Both the position numbers and the translations under genes were made by a program. From Octopus sinensis (taxonomy: Eukaryota): a stretch of DNA of 64,000 nucleotides. The stretch covers positions 14,706,464-14,770,463 of the forward strand of contig NC_043011.1 of NCBI RefSeq assembly GCF_006345805.1, written 5' to 3'. The notes beneath the pieces are model-generated. The model did not search any database. It saw only the letters and a program-made list of their open reading frames with translations, and was not told the DNA's origin. Shown in pieces: positions 50,302 through 63,600 of the stretch; the first letter of the stretch is position 1, and the number at the start of each line of letters is the position of its first letter.

Positions 50302-51380
50302 TTATGATAAATGATGATTTCTACATAGCATTTGCATATAAGCATTATAATAACAAAATGTCAATTCTGAGAGATTTAAAAAAAAATTCAAAGTGTAGTT
50401 AAAAACTACACTCTGCTATTTAATCTTGTTCATCGTTCTATCCCCTTTCAAATAGTTTCTTGTTCTCCCACAGCCGATGCCATATCAGGCATGATGACTG
50501 CTGCTAAACCAACATGAACGGACAATCTCACCTTATGACCGACTCAAATTATTTTTCTTACAGCAAACAAGGCTTTTTTCCAGGTGTTGCTCAGTATCAT
50601 CTCATAATTAGTAGTTTGTCTCAATCCCTGTCGATGAAGATATTACCATAGCAACTCCCGGTTCTTTTATAAACGAACAATGGAAAATGTGAAGTCATTA
50701 AAAGTGTTTCCATTCCATAAGAGAATCTTCGAATGTTGCTGAATTCAGAGTAGGGCGACAAAAAACTGATTCAACGAATGAATCAGTTACTTAGTGTCAA
50801 TACTTCAAACAGTTATTCCTACCTCGTCTGCCTCCTGATACCAAAGCTATTCTTGTTTCTGTTAAAAAGTTCTCGTTGAAAAATTAGTTGGTAGATAACA
50901 TTTCCGAAGTTTATACGACGGTGCATACTTTTGGGAATCTGGTCGCTGCTTCTGCTTCTCATTCGCAGAACATCCCTATTGTAATCATTTCGTTGCAGAC
51001 ACTTATTGTACATATCGAACGTTTGGGCCTACCTGACTTTTCTGATCACTAACGCAATTTCTTTCTCAGGATTTCGCGTCTTCGAAGCCCTTGTCCTGTA
51101 TTTCAAAGTGATTGCAACACTACTGTTGGTACAACTGGAACTTCTGTGTGAAACCTCGAAAAAGCATCCAGCACTAATTTACCGCATGCCCTGATTCTGG
51201 TTTCTCTTGCTCTTCGGGAAACACCCAAAACGGTAAATAGACACGACGAATTTGTTGAAACATCAATGGAAAGTCACCTACTTTTTTTTATATGATAACA
51301 CGTCAAACAGTAATTTTTCAATTGATATGGGCGCTCAAATTTCCGCACATTTTCTCCGCATGTAAAAAGCATGTGATATT

Positions 51381-51613
51381 TATATCTTTATTGCCCACAA
51401 GGGGCTAAACATAGAGGGGACAAACAAGGAGAGACAAAGGGATTAAGTCGATTACATCAACCCCAGTGCGTAGCTGGTACTTAATTTATCGACTCCGAAA
51501 GGTTGAAAGGCAAAGTCGACCTCGGTGGAATTTGAACTCATAACGTAATGGCAGACGAAATACGGCTACGCATTTCGCCCGGCGTGCTAACGTTTCTGCC
51601 AGCTCGCCGCCTT
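51381..51613 (-). mobile_element. SINE family A inside Gypsy
   Basis: TSD AAAAGCATGTGATATT on both sides. Confidence 0.85.
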
Positions 51614-51646
51614 CGAAAAGCATGTGATATTGTTCCGATTGTACTG

Positions 51647-51960
51647 AAGGCGCGTGGCTTAATGGTTAATCGATTCACAATCGTAAGGTCATGAGTTCGA
51701 TTCTCTAGTGTGCGGCGTTGTGTCCTTGAGCAAGACACTTTATTTCACATTGCTCCAGTCCACTCAGCAGGCAAAAATGAATTGTACCTGTAATTCAAAA
51801 GGGCCAGCCTTGTCACATTCTGTGTCACGCTGAATCTCTCTGAGAACTACATTAAGGGTACACGTATCTGTGGAGTGCTCAGCCACTTGCATGTTAATTT
51901 TACGAGCAGGCTGTTCCATTGATTGGATCAACTGGAACCCTCGTCGTAAGCGATGGAATG
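51647..51960 (+). mobile_element. SINE with D/E-like head and C2 tail
   Basis: GTCCTTGAGCAAGACACTTTATTTCAC body then GGGCCAGCCTTGTCAC tail. Confidence 0.7.
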
Positions 51961-52241
51961 AGTCATATCCTATTAGTAATCCCAGTTAACTTTCAGTTTA
52001 GGTCATCGTAGAAGTTTTAAAAGAATTTTCATTGTAATGGCTGGAATTATCCATCCAAATTATAGGCGCAGACTTCTCATATCACTTTGGTCTTCTTGTG
52101 GATTTAAAACGGCGACGTTAATTGGATTCCACTACCAACTTATTACCTCCCAGTGATTTTTCGAAACGTGTTAGTCCACTATTTCCGACACCAGCAAAAA
52201 CAAATATGAGACTCTTGTAAAACAGTACGTTGACCAAATCT

Positions 52242-52474
52242 TATTTCTTTATTGCCCACAAGGGGCTAAACATAGAGGGGACAAACAAGGGCAGACAAAC
52301 GGATTAAGTCGATTACATCGACCCCAGTGCGTAACTGGCACTTATTTAATCGACCCCGAAAGGATGAAAGACAAAGTTGACCTCGGCGGAATTTGAGCTC
52401 AAAACGTAACGGCAGACGAAATACCGCTAAACATTTCGCCCAGCGTGTTAACGTTTCTGCCAGCTTGCCGCCTT
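52242..52474 (-). mobile_element. SINE family A inside Gypsy
   Basis: 15 bp TSD ACGTTGACCAAATCT. Confidence 0.85.
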
Positions 52475-53051
52475 GACGTTGACCAAATCTGATCAATGAT
52501 ACATAAAAAATAAGCTACTGATTTTGTTGCGCATCACATCGTAACCAATAGTTGCTGCTCGTTCTCGAAGGCCTGATCCTGCTCAGCTTAAATATTGTCA
52601 AAGTTGAGTTTCAACACATGATGCAGTTAGGAATTGCCCGCCTTTCTCAAAGCCTATAGTTATCTTTCCTTTACATAGTCTCTTAAAAATTGTCATGTGA
52701 TTTGCAGTCATTTGGAGATTAATAACGTCATAGTCTCATATAGATATCTGATACTTCACTTCCATAATTTTTCTGCTCTAAAATTGATCCAGTGAATAAT
52801 TATCACCAGATGTCTATTATTTTGGGTTATATTCATAAAATAGCCGTAGCGTTGCCTCTCGGACTGTTTGAATTCCTTCGCATGTCATCTGCTCTATGAC
52901 ATGCTTTTGAAATGTTCCAACGTTTTATAGACTCTGCTCCGCAGGATCTACCATTTGTGTTTGTTTATAACGACGACTTTTAGGGGCAAAATCCTCAAAC
53001 ATCTCATAACCCGGATCGGACATCTTTGATGTCATGGTATTGTTATTAATT

Positions 53052-53275
53052 AAAGGCGGCGAGCTGGCAGAAACGTCAGCACGCCGGGCGAAATGCTTAG
53101 CAGTATTTCGTCTGCCGCTACGTTCTGCGGTCAAATTCTGCCGAGGTCGACTTTGCCTTTCATCCTTTCGGGGTCGATTAAATAAGTACCAATTACGCAC
53201 TGAGGTCGATATAATCGACTTAATCCGTTTGTCTGTCCTCTCTTTGTTTAGCCCCTTGTGGGTTGTAAAGAAATA
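53052..53275 (+). mobile_element. SINE family A inside Gypsy RT
   Basis: 15 bp TSD GGTATTGTTATTAAT (53036-53050, 53276-53290). Confidence 0.9.
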
Positions 53276-55583
53276 GGTATTGTTATTAATCCCAACAAGT
53301 GTGAATTCGGAGGCCCTTCCCTCACTTTCTTGGAACACGTTATCGATAAAGACGGAATTCCACCTCTGCATAGAAAATTAAAATCAAAACTTAATTTCTC
53401 GGCTCCTATATTGCTATTCAAGCTGAGAAAATGTCTATGTCCCAACCCTTCACGAATTTATTTCGTGACATAAAACAACAACTTTGAGTTTATCATACAC
53501 GTTTCTACAGCTACAGTTATACTTCTTCTCTGTCAAGTATAATTCAAATCCAGTCGTTTTTTTTTAATTTAGAAAGTTGATTGACTGCCCTCGGATTCAA
53601 ACTACCACCTGTTACCAGAAAGCTAACGGCTTCATTGAGCGTTTACAATACTAATTTAAGACAGCTCTTAAGGCTCAACCAAATACGACTCGAGTTTTAC
53701 CGTGAGTACTTCAAAGGATTCTCTCCATAGCAGAATTGTTCTAATGAATAGCTCCAAAACTACCTGGACAGATGATCACTGCGTTTGGCATAGATTCAGC
53801 AGGAGATCCAATCTCAGTTCGTGCATCATTTGCGAAGTCAGATTACGAAGGTTCTACAGATAATCTCTCGACACCAAAACGTTAAAGTTCACGTTCCAGC
53901 AGAATTGTTTAGTTTCTCGTACGTTTTCTTTTGCAGAGATACTGTTCCTGAGATACTGATCCTTGCAAGGTCCATACAAAGTTATTCAATATTAGCGAAA
54001 TCATAATAGAAATAAATGAATAAAAGGACAACAGCTAGCCTTTTAAGACCAACTGTCCTCGAAAAGACTGCTTGGCCTGATCCTTAATAAATTATTGTAT
54101 TTGATATATCATCAGCATCAACGGAAACATGTACAAAGCCACAATAAACAGTTGACAATACCTGGGAACATGCACGAAATATTATATCAAGCTTGGGAGA
54201 TATGTTCGATGACCATAAGAATTTAAACAATTAAATTTTAACACTCATATACAAAAAAAAAAAAAACAAAAAAACGAAAACATTTCCGTTTCTGTTCACA
54301 CTCAATGGCATTTTTAATAGAGATAGCAAATTTCTTCTACCACTTCATGTTTTGTGGCGAGGTTCTGTAGCAACCGATGAGCTCCTTCTTGATAATGTTG
54401 TGATTGGCCTACTCTTCAGTCAGTTTATCTTGTTATGACATCGGCTAGAGACACCGTCACGTGATGCTAAGATTCCCCCTCCCGATCATACTGTGCAATA
54501 CAGTTAAAAATTGATCAGTGGATTAAAGGAAACCAATGAGGTATGACATCATCACCGAACTCTCTTCGTCGCCATAATAGATTATTACAACTCACCTTAT
54601 GATCAGACACAACTTAATTTTTCTCGGTACTGTGTCTACCTCTAGACTTACGTGTTACATATTGCAACAAAGTGAAGTGCGATTCAAACAGTTTTCAAGC
54701 GACACACTTTTTCTCTGCACCGTTTGAGTACTTCTGTATTCATTTTCAGTACGAAGTTTTGTCAGTGAACAGGTCGCGGTCTCAAAGCGACGAAAATATT
54801 TTGAGAAATGAAACTTAAATGTTGAAGTGAATCTAACGGTTTTGTGTGTTTCTTAAATGGCTTATAAAAACACCTTCCACGCTGCAATTGTTTTCGTTCC
54901 AGCACACGATCTCAGATCAAGTCACTCGCTATGCAAGTACATCTCCGTAATGTTTTTTTCTTTTCTTGTGTAAACATATTTTTCTTGTGCCTTTTATTTT
55001 ATATATTCTCACATGCACAGAAAATGTCTTGCATGACGCATGTAGAATCTTCATGTGGTGAATTAAATATGAATAAATTTAGTCTTGGTAATTATTTTTA
55101 TAAACATTGACAAATCTTCAGAAGATTTCAATCCTTTTGTTCATATTTCTTCATCTATCATGTTTTTTTTTACAGATTTTACGTAATGTTTTGTTAATTT
55201 CATTTCGAGAATAATGTATTCTCATTTAGGCTTTTGTTATTCGATCAAAAAAGACAAAAAGAATTCTTTCCTCAAGCACAATGTATTTTTCAAAACCTTC
55301 ATCTCGACAACAGCATTAATAATAATAAACATTTCTTAATTAGTCGCAAAAGTTCAAAGAGAAACAAAGAGAACGAAACTTTAATTGGGGTTTACAAAGA
55401 GAGAAAAAATTATGTGAAGGGGATGAGAAAAACCGCGTTTACAAATTACGGAGGGAAGTGGTTAGAGACGTCATGCAATTTTAAAGGTACACGCACATAT
55501 ACATGCATAGACACATACATACATACATACATACATACATACATACATACATACATACATGCATGCATGCATGCATACATACA

Positions 55584-55621
<38 letters not shown>

Positions 55622-55709
55622 CATACGCGCATATGTATATGTATATACTTATATTTATATTCACTTACATAAACACACGATCATACGCATATCCACATAC
55701 ATATATCAA

Positions 55710-55867
55710 CAGGCGTGGTTGTGTGATAAGAAGCTTGCTTCACAACTACATAGTTTCGGGTTCAGTCCCAGGATGTTGTGCCTTGAGCAATTGTCTTCTG
55801 CTATAGCTTTGGGTCGATCAAAGTTTTGTGAATGGATTTGGTAGACGGAAACTGAAAGAAGCCTGTC

Positions 55868-55914
<47 letters not shown>

Positions 55915-56070
55915 GTGTGTGTGTGTGTGTGTGTGTGTGCATGTATATGTGTGTGTTTGTGTCTGTGCTTGTCCCTCACCACTGCTTGCCAACCGCTGTT
56001 GGTATGTTTACTTCCATGTAACTTAGCAGTTCGGCAGAAGTGACCGATAAAACAAGTACCAGGTTTTGCA
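55710..56070 (+). mobile_element. SINE family B, 3' truncated
   Basis: family consensus. Confidence 0.75.
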
Positions 56071-56775
56071 AAAGTACTTGCTGTTGCTCTCCATTATTTT
56101 CGTTTTACTTGTTTTTAGTTAACCTGCTCCGTCTTTCCAGGTATTCAGCTTTAACGTCTGTTTTACCCCGACAAATGTAATAATTAAGCTTCTTAATCCT
56201 TAATCTTAATACCATGGCCTTCCGCTGGGCTACTTTTTCGGTATAGCAGTGCGGTCTTTGAAGGCTATTAGGGCCTGCAAGTCCATTTCATGGCCTCCGG
56301 CCCACGGGTTACCTTTCATTAGCCCTACTTTGAGCACTCTCCTATATAGTGACAGACAAATTACTATTAGGCATCGGTCTATATCACGTCCAATATCCCC
56401 TTACTGCGACTTATGTTTCTTTGACCCATCCGCTGTGACTCTAATGTATAGTCAGAATTAAATCTGACAATTTCAGCCCGTATTTTGGCAGAGTTTTCCG
56501 TTTTAAAGATATAGAAAATAGTATCATAGTTTTTGCATTTTCCGATTGAAAAATTTTCTCTCGATACTTCCTGAAGAATTTGTGGTACTAATAAACGCGA
56601 ATTTTGTAAGCAGAAATATATAACTTTTCTCTTTGCTCTCTCTCCTAGTTTATATCTTGTGACAAAGAAATACTGTTCCGTGCTACAAAATGCTCTCAGC
56701 TACATTTTCTTGGATTGTGACAAGAAACACTCGAAAAGGCTGGAGAAAATTATCTGAAGTCTTATTGCAACAGTC

Positions 56776-57104
56776 GGGTCCCCCTTCGGTCACGACACTG
56801 ACCATGGAATTGCACCTAGAAAGTTACCCTCCCAGGCACAAGTGGTTTATGGAAGACCAGCAGTCGCCCATGCATACCGGCTTTCCCTCACCACGCCACC
56901 AGTGTTATCCAAGGGAAAGGCAAAGGGACCGATACAGCTTGGCACCCGTGACGTCGCAACTCATTTCTACAGCTGAAAGAACTGGAGGAACGTGAAATAA
57001 AGTGTCTTGCTCAAGAACACAACACGCAGCCCGGTCCGGGATTCGAGCTCACAACCTCACGATCGTAAGCTCGACGCTCTAACCACTGAGCCATGCACCT
57101 TCAC
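56776..57104 (-). mobile_element. SINE family E
   Basis: matches 31886-32222; flanking CTTATTGCAACAGT duplication. Confidence 0.8.
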
Positions 57105-57879
57105 ATGCGCCTTATTGCAACAGTAAGCACTTAATGACTGTATCAAAGAGTTTGTGTTTACCTTGCTGAAATCTACGTTTTTGGAATCTCAACTGCATAA
57201 TTTCCTGTAACATCATCTCGTCAGTCTCTTCAAAATTATTGGATATATTTCAGAGATCCTCTCGATCGTCGAGCATTTTAAAAAAAATTACCTCCCTTGG
57301 TAGTATATATGAAGACAAGTAAATGACTTGGTTGTGAAATGTTTCAAACACTACATCCTTGAGATGCATCATCAGGGCAATGATAACAATTTGCAGGATC
57401 CTTACTATTTATGTAGTTATTGCGCTATGATTTATATTGCACACAAAGACAGCGTTACTTTCTTCTTATAACTATTTCAATTCAGAACAAGATAATAAAT
57501 ATGCAAGATTAAATGGCCATTTAGTACATATTTTAATGTGATGAAAGGTAAAGTTGATTTCAAAGGAAATTACCTCACAGTCTTTGAGTCAACTTTCAAT
57601 AGATAAAAGTTATTTAACCGTTGTTGTTGTTGCTTAGTATGCGTGCATGCGCGAGTGTGTGCGCGCATGCGTGTCAGTGTTGTAACGCTGGTGATGTTTG
57701 GTTCACTGTTTGGCTATCAGAAGTAGTGAGAGTGGGTTATTACAAGGAATAAAACAATGAAGATAGACGAAGATACGGAACGACTCTATCTTTGAACCCT
57801 AAGGAAATTTCTACGTTGTCGCTTCACCTGCTAGAAGTCCCACTCAAACTCCGCTCTCCGAATAATAGAGTCCTACATT

Positions 57880-58186
57880 GTTTGCTTGTTCCTTCTCGAG
57901 CCATGCCTGGCTCATAAGGGCCGGTTTTCCGATTTCATTGGCGCATAGGTTCTCCACCTGGACGGGACGCCAGTCCGTCGCAGGTGAGCTGCAAGACGCA
58001 GGAGGAAAGAGTGAGAGAAAGTTGTGGCGAAAGAGTCAGCAGAAGTTTCGCCATTACCTTCTGCCGGAGCCGCGTGGAGCTTAGGTGTTTCGCTCATAAA
58101 CTCACATATCGCCCGGTCTGAGATTAGAACACGTGATCCCTCGACCGCGTGTTCGCTGCTCTAACCACTAGACCATGTGCCTCCAC
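57880..58186 (-). mobile_element. SINE family C with 13 bp TSD
   Basis: AGAGTCCTACATT both sides. Confidence 0.85.
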
Positions 58187-58584
58187 AGAGTCCTACATTA
58201 GTTTCCGACAAACTACAGACCCCATAACTTTCATAGTGGTATGCTTAACAAAAAATTACCTTGAACATTTTTAATGGTGGGCACCAGCTGATGACGAGTC
58301 ATGTTTCATGCAACCCGCTTCACGAAAGACATTTACCCAGGACTGTCTTAGACATATAATGTCTGAAAAACATTCGGTTGGTCGCCACTAAGGCCACCAC
58401 TAGTGGTTGGTCACCACTAAGGCTTAAGAGAGCTCAATGAAGCGCTAAACAAAACAAATATAAAGTTTTTACTATTTGAAGTACAGAAAGAATAGCAGTT
58501 TATTTAAGGACAGAACCACAGTTTTAAAAAAAGAATGGATCTCACATTCGTGTCTATTTTTTTCGAAGACTTAATACTATTACA

Positions 58585-59005
58585 CTTTACTCTTTACTCT
58601 TTTACTTGTTTCAGTCATTTGACTGTGGCCATTTTGGAACACCACCTTTAGTCGAGCAAATCGACTCTAGGACTTATTCGTTGTAAGCTTAGTACTTATT
58701 CTATCGGTCTCTTTTGTCGAACCGCTAAGTTACGGTGACGTAAACACACCAGCAGCGGTTGTCAAGCGATGTTGGGGTGGACAAACACAGACACATAAAC
58801 ATACACACACAACACACACATACATATATATATACATATATACGACGGGCTTCTTTCAGTTTCCGTCTACCAAATCCACTGACAAGGCTTTGGTCGACCC
58901 GAGGCTATAGCAGAAGACACTTGCCCAAGGTGCCACGCAGTGGGACTGAAGCCGGAACCATGTGGTTGGTAAACAAGCTACTTACCACACATCAATCCTA
59001 CACCT
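58585..59005 (-). mobile_element. SINE family B
   Basis: family consensus. Confidence 0.85.
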
Positions 59006-59789
59006 GATTTAAGAACTGATTTGGATTTTAGTATTGTATTGAAAGTGGACAGCGAACTTCCCAGTCATGGAACTTACCTCTTGTTCTGAGATACGCATAC
59101 ACGCCACAGGTAAGAAATTTCTTCTTATTGCTTTTAAGTTTCTATTATGGTCGTAACGGAAATGGTTATATCGCTACCAATACAATGTTAACAATTCTAT
59201 CGTGGTACATCTAGAAACCGAAATCAGGACCACTTACAAATTAAACACTCGATTAAGTAACTGATTCGTAAGTGGTGGGCTCCTGCTGTCTAATTGTCGG
59301 TAAATTGGGCCATGGAAAGTTAACTATCGTAACTGTAGACAGAGCAGTGTTGTTATGATGCAAAGTAACAGCTTGTCATCAGGCAATTACGTCTTCGCAT
59401 CGACGCAGTCACCTGCATCTCCGTAGGAGAGGTCAAGCGTAATAGGCTGAGGACGTTTGCTAATTGTTTATAACGACAGTGCATGTCTATGAGTCATTTC
59501 CTCCTTTTTGATTGCATGGGTAGATTTTAATTAAATAATTGCCGGGGTAAAAGTACTCGAGTTACAAATGTAACTCGCCAAATTCCACATTCTACTCTTT
59601 AAAATAGTACCATAAATTGGACAATATGGTGGTACTACATATATCAAAGATAAATATCTGAAAATGCTAAATCCTGAAAATAATAAGGGTTGGTCATATC
59701 TAGAACGACTTTGATATTACAACGGCTTGATCACATAAAAAAATGTATATAAAATTAATTTAAAATTTGTTATAAAGAGGGTGGATATT

Positions 59790-60185
59790 CTTTTCTACTC
59801 GAAGCGCAAGGCCCGAAATTTTGGGGAGGGGGCTAGTCGGTAAGATCGACCCCAATACGCAACTGGTATTTAATTTATCGACCTCGAAAGGATGAAGGGC
59901 AAAGTCGACCTCGGCAGAATTTGCACTCAGAATTTAAAAACAGACGAAATACCTATTTCTTTACTACCCACAAGGGGCTAAACACAGAGGAGACGAACAA
60001 GGACAGACAACGGATTAAGTCGATTATATCGACCCCAGTGAGTAACTGGTGCTTATTTAATGGACCTCGAAAGGATGAAAAATAAAGTCGACCACGTCAG
60101 AATTTGAAATCAGAACGTAACGGCAGACGAAATACTGCAAAGCATTTCACCCGGCGTGCTAACGATTCTGCCAGCTAAACGCCTT
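59790..60185 (-). mobile_element. SINE family A partial-tandem dimer with heterologous last tail
   Basis: junction GACGAAATACCTATTTCTTTACTACCC at ~59943. Confidence 0.8.
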
Positions 60186-60199
60186 AAATAGGATGGATA

Positions 60200-60858
60200 T
60201 TGAATGACGACATTTAATACTAATCGCTTCAAATCGTAGCACAAGACCAGCGATTTTGAGAGGAATAAACTAGTAGATTATATCATTCCCCGCCCTTCAC
60301 TGGTGCTTATTTTAACGACCTCGAAAGGATGAAAGGCGCTGTAGACCTGCGCTGTTATTTGAACTCGGAACGTAAAGGTCGGGAAGAAATGCTCCTCAAC
60401 ATTTCGTCTGCCCAATGATTCTGCTGACTCGCCACCCTTTTAGTCTGACAGATAATGTTGTTTGGAATTTCAACCCAAGGTAAGCAATTTTAGAGGGAGG
60501 GAGGGTCAGTCGACTTCATTGACCCCATTGCTTGACCCGAAACGATGGAAAGCTAAGTTATCTCGGTGGAGCTAAGATTCTCGCTGAGCCCGGCACACGG
60601 GATCAATTCTGCCAGCTCACAGCCTTAATGTATCAGATAATAATGGTTTCGAATTTTGGCACAAGACCAGTAATTTCGGGGGAAGGGTTAAGTCGATTAT
60701 ATCGACCCCAGTACTCAACTGCTACTTATTCTATCGACCACAAAAGGATGAAAGGCAAAGTCGACCACGACGGAATTTGAACTGAGAACATAAAAACGGA
60801 TGAACTACAGCTTAGCATTTTGTCCGGCGTGCTAACGATTCTGCCAGCTTGCCTCCTT
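60200..60858 (-). mobile_element. three consecutive older family A variant SINE copies
   Basis: repeated GAAAGGATGAAAGGC / GATTCTGCCAGCT motifs. Confidence 0.65.
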
Positions 60859-61116
60859 AATGTAGCAAATAATATTGACAATGTTAATGAAGTATTTTTA
60901 TTGGTGTTATTGTATAGCCCTAGAAGTAAAACCGGCAGCACTAGGCCAGAGCTCAAAGTGAGCGGTGGAAAATTTATGGGCACCGCGGACCAAAGGTGAG
61001 GGGTCAGTTGACGCTTTACTTAATTGTCCTAATTTTTCACATTTTCCCTTTATATTCTAAGTATGAATCATTTGGCAAAAAAATGTGATTGACTTTCCAT
61101 ATTATATTAATGAAAT

Positions 61117-61335
61117 AAGGCAGTGAGCTGGCAGAATCGTTAGGACGCCAGGCAAAATGCTTAGTAGCATTTTGTCCTTCCTTACATTCTGAGTACAAAT
61201 TCCACTAAGGTCGACTTTGCCTTTCATCCTTTCGAGATCGATGAAATAAGTACCAGTTGCGCCCTGGGGTCGATGTAATCGACTTATCTCCTCCACCGAA
61301 CCTGCTGGCCTTGTGCCAAACTTCGAAACCATATT
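61117..61335 (+). mobile_element. family A variant SINE, inverted relative to 60640-60858
   Basis: head AAGGCAGTGAGCTGGCAGAATCG; tail GGCCTTGTGCCAAACTTCGAAACC. Confidence 0.75.
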
Positions 61336-61967
61336 ATATTGATGAAATGGAATCTTTTCATGGCGATCAACCTGTAGGCACTAACTGTTTTTTGTGGCAC
61401 ATTTAATTTTGTTGTCCCCTAAATCACTAAAATCTGGGGGTGTCCTTCAAATTCTATACAGATTAGACAAAATTTCTGAAACCAATTCAAAACACGAGAA
61501 TTTAGTAAAGAGAGAAGGTGAGGTCATTCCAAGAACAAAGGAGATTGGTGGGAAAGTTGAGGGTGTGGGAAGCGAGGCACTCTTTTGGGGTTTCGACTCA
61601 CCACATGAAGGTGAAACATTTCAAGTTTTGGCAGATAACATCCTTACTCTATAGATTTCTTATTCAGAAGTTAATTATATTTCAGTTGTATGTTCCAACT
61701 GGTGTAAAGAAGGTGATACCTGGATAAAGAAGTAAAAAAAAATTAAATGGCACACACACACACATTTCTGAAGTGGGAGACAGCGGGGATGGTCTACTCT
61801 GGCGTCTGCTCTACCTAGGTATATCCAGACCCACATTACTCAGTGTGTCCTTACTGTTATAAGATATGTGTGATTTGACGCAGTTTTGGCCGTTATTTCT
61901 AACAACTCGAACGAAGCCTAGAAGTTCCCTCGTTGCCTCGTGTTGCGTGTTATACACTTGTTGAGCG

Positions 61968-62320
61968 GAGGCGCTATGGCCCAGTAGTTAGGGCAGCGAA
62001 CTCGCGGTTTCGATTTCCAGACCGGGCGTTGTGAGTGTTTATTGAGCGAAAATACCTAAAGCTCCACGTGGTTCCAGCAGGGGTGGGTGGCGAACCCTGC
62101 TGTACTCTTTCTCTCACTCTTTCTTTCTGTTGTACCTGTATTTCAAAGGGCCAGCCTTGTCATACTCTACGTCACACTGAATCTGCCCAAGAACTACGTT
62201 AAGGGTACACGTGTCTGTGGAGTGCTCAGCCACTACTTGCACGTTAATTTCACAAGTAGGCTGTTCCGTTGGTCGGATCAACTGGAACCCTCGTGGTCGA
62301 AACCGATAGAATGCCACTTG
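61968..62320 (+). mobile_element. SINE family C2
   Basis: C head plus C2 tail. Confidence 0.75.
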
Positions 62321-62540
62321 TTGAACTTCAAAATCCAATATTTAACTAATCAATATTACCAAGTTCTTTAGTTAATCAATGTTCTCGAGAACATAAAGAA
62401 ATTGTTGATTGGGGTAGGTAATATACTCATTTTTATTTTCGTTTAGCAATTTTAAGAAACCAAAGGGGGAGTCTCTATGTAATCGGCAGACTTGCTGGAA
62501 ACAACAGCTAATTCTCCTTGGTGTCTTCAAAAGTTAAGAA

Positions 62541-62585
<45 letters not shown>

Positions 62586-63364
62586 GTCGCAATTAGCAAT
62601 GTATCTGTCCACGGGTCTTCTGCTATTTCATACTAATCAACAAAATGATCGACAGTCACAATGGTGATCAGTTCCAAGTGGATCGATTCCTCGGACCACT
62701 TTCGACTGCCGACTGAATCTAGTTCAGTTAAACAGGAACATGACTAGTGGTTAAAAAGTTGATTTATTTACCACACCGTTCCCTGTTCGACACATTGGGT
62801 AAGTGTCCGTTGTAACTGGGATCCGAATACAAATCGTTGGATACTCGGTCAGACACCACGAGTGAACCACTAGTTTCATGTGATCGGTCTATAAATCGAC
62901 CAGTCTGCGTGAGGCTGTGACGTGATGTGTCCTGCGATTTAACCTCTTGTCCCCTTTAAAATCCGTTTTGGCGCTTTAAGTATTCGCAGAGTGTTGAAGG
63001 GCGGCTGACTGATTGATTTGTCTCCTATCTTACCATACAGACGGTTCTGGATATTTGAGTAGACAACTCCAGGTTCTCATAAGTAATTTCTACGGACGCG
63101 GCGTAGTTTTTTTTTCTCTCTCTCTCTCTCTCTCTCCTTCCCATTCGGCAATTATTAATGTTTTTCATTGTAATTGGCCAACACCAAATATCATTATGAC
63201 CAACAATAAATATCAAGTTGAATGTTAGTGAGTTTGCTTCAGATATTATTCAGATTACACTACACAATATTAACGAAGCCGTTCAATTTAGAAGTGGCGA
63301 CGTATACTTCTGAAGTACACCGTCATTAACCAGTTCGACTCACCAACAAGTAAGACCACGCTAT

Positions 63365-63595
63365 AACGGCGAGCTGGCAGAATCGTTAGCACGCCGGGCG
63401 AAATGCGTAGCCGTATTTCGTCTGTCGTTACGTTGTGAGTTCAAATTCCGCCGAGGTCGACTTTGCCTTTCATCCTTTCGGGGTCGATAAATAAAGTACC
63501 AGTTGCGCACTGGGGTCGATATAATCGACTTAATCCCTTTGTCTGTCCTTGTTTGTCCCCTCTATGTTTAGCCCCTTGTGGGCAATAAAGAAATA
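63365..63595 (+). mobile_element. SINE family A monomer
   Basis: family consensus. Confidence 0.85.
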
Positions 63596-63600
63596 TATAA

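Larger units (their letters stand above)
49787..54060 (+). mobile_element. decayed Gypsy/Ty3 LTR retrotransposon internal region
   Basis: PBS-like TGGTGACTCCG 49787-49797; gag SPYDRLK and RLPPDTKAIL; protease IDMGAQIS and IIGADF; RT EFQHMMQLG, GLFEFLRM, FVYNDD, GIVINPNKCEFG; integrase KANGFIERL. Confidence 0.85.

Noticed and set aside
57335-57378. Minus-strand CTGATGA-hairpin-GAAA
   Set aside because: Six extra nt before GAAA, stems I and III absent
58288-58338. CTGATGA...GAAA on plus strand
   Set aside because: No stem II or stem I pairing
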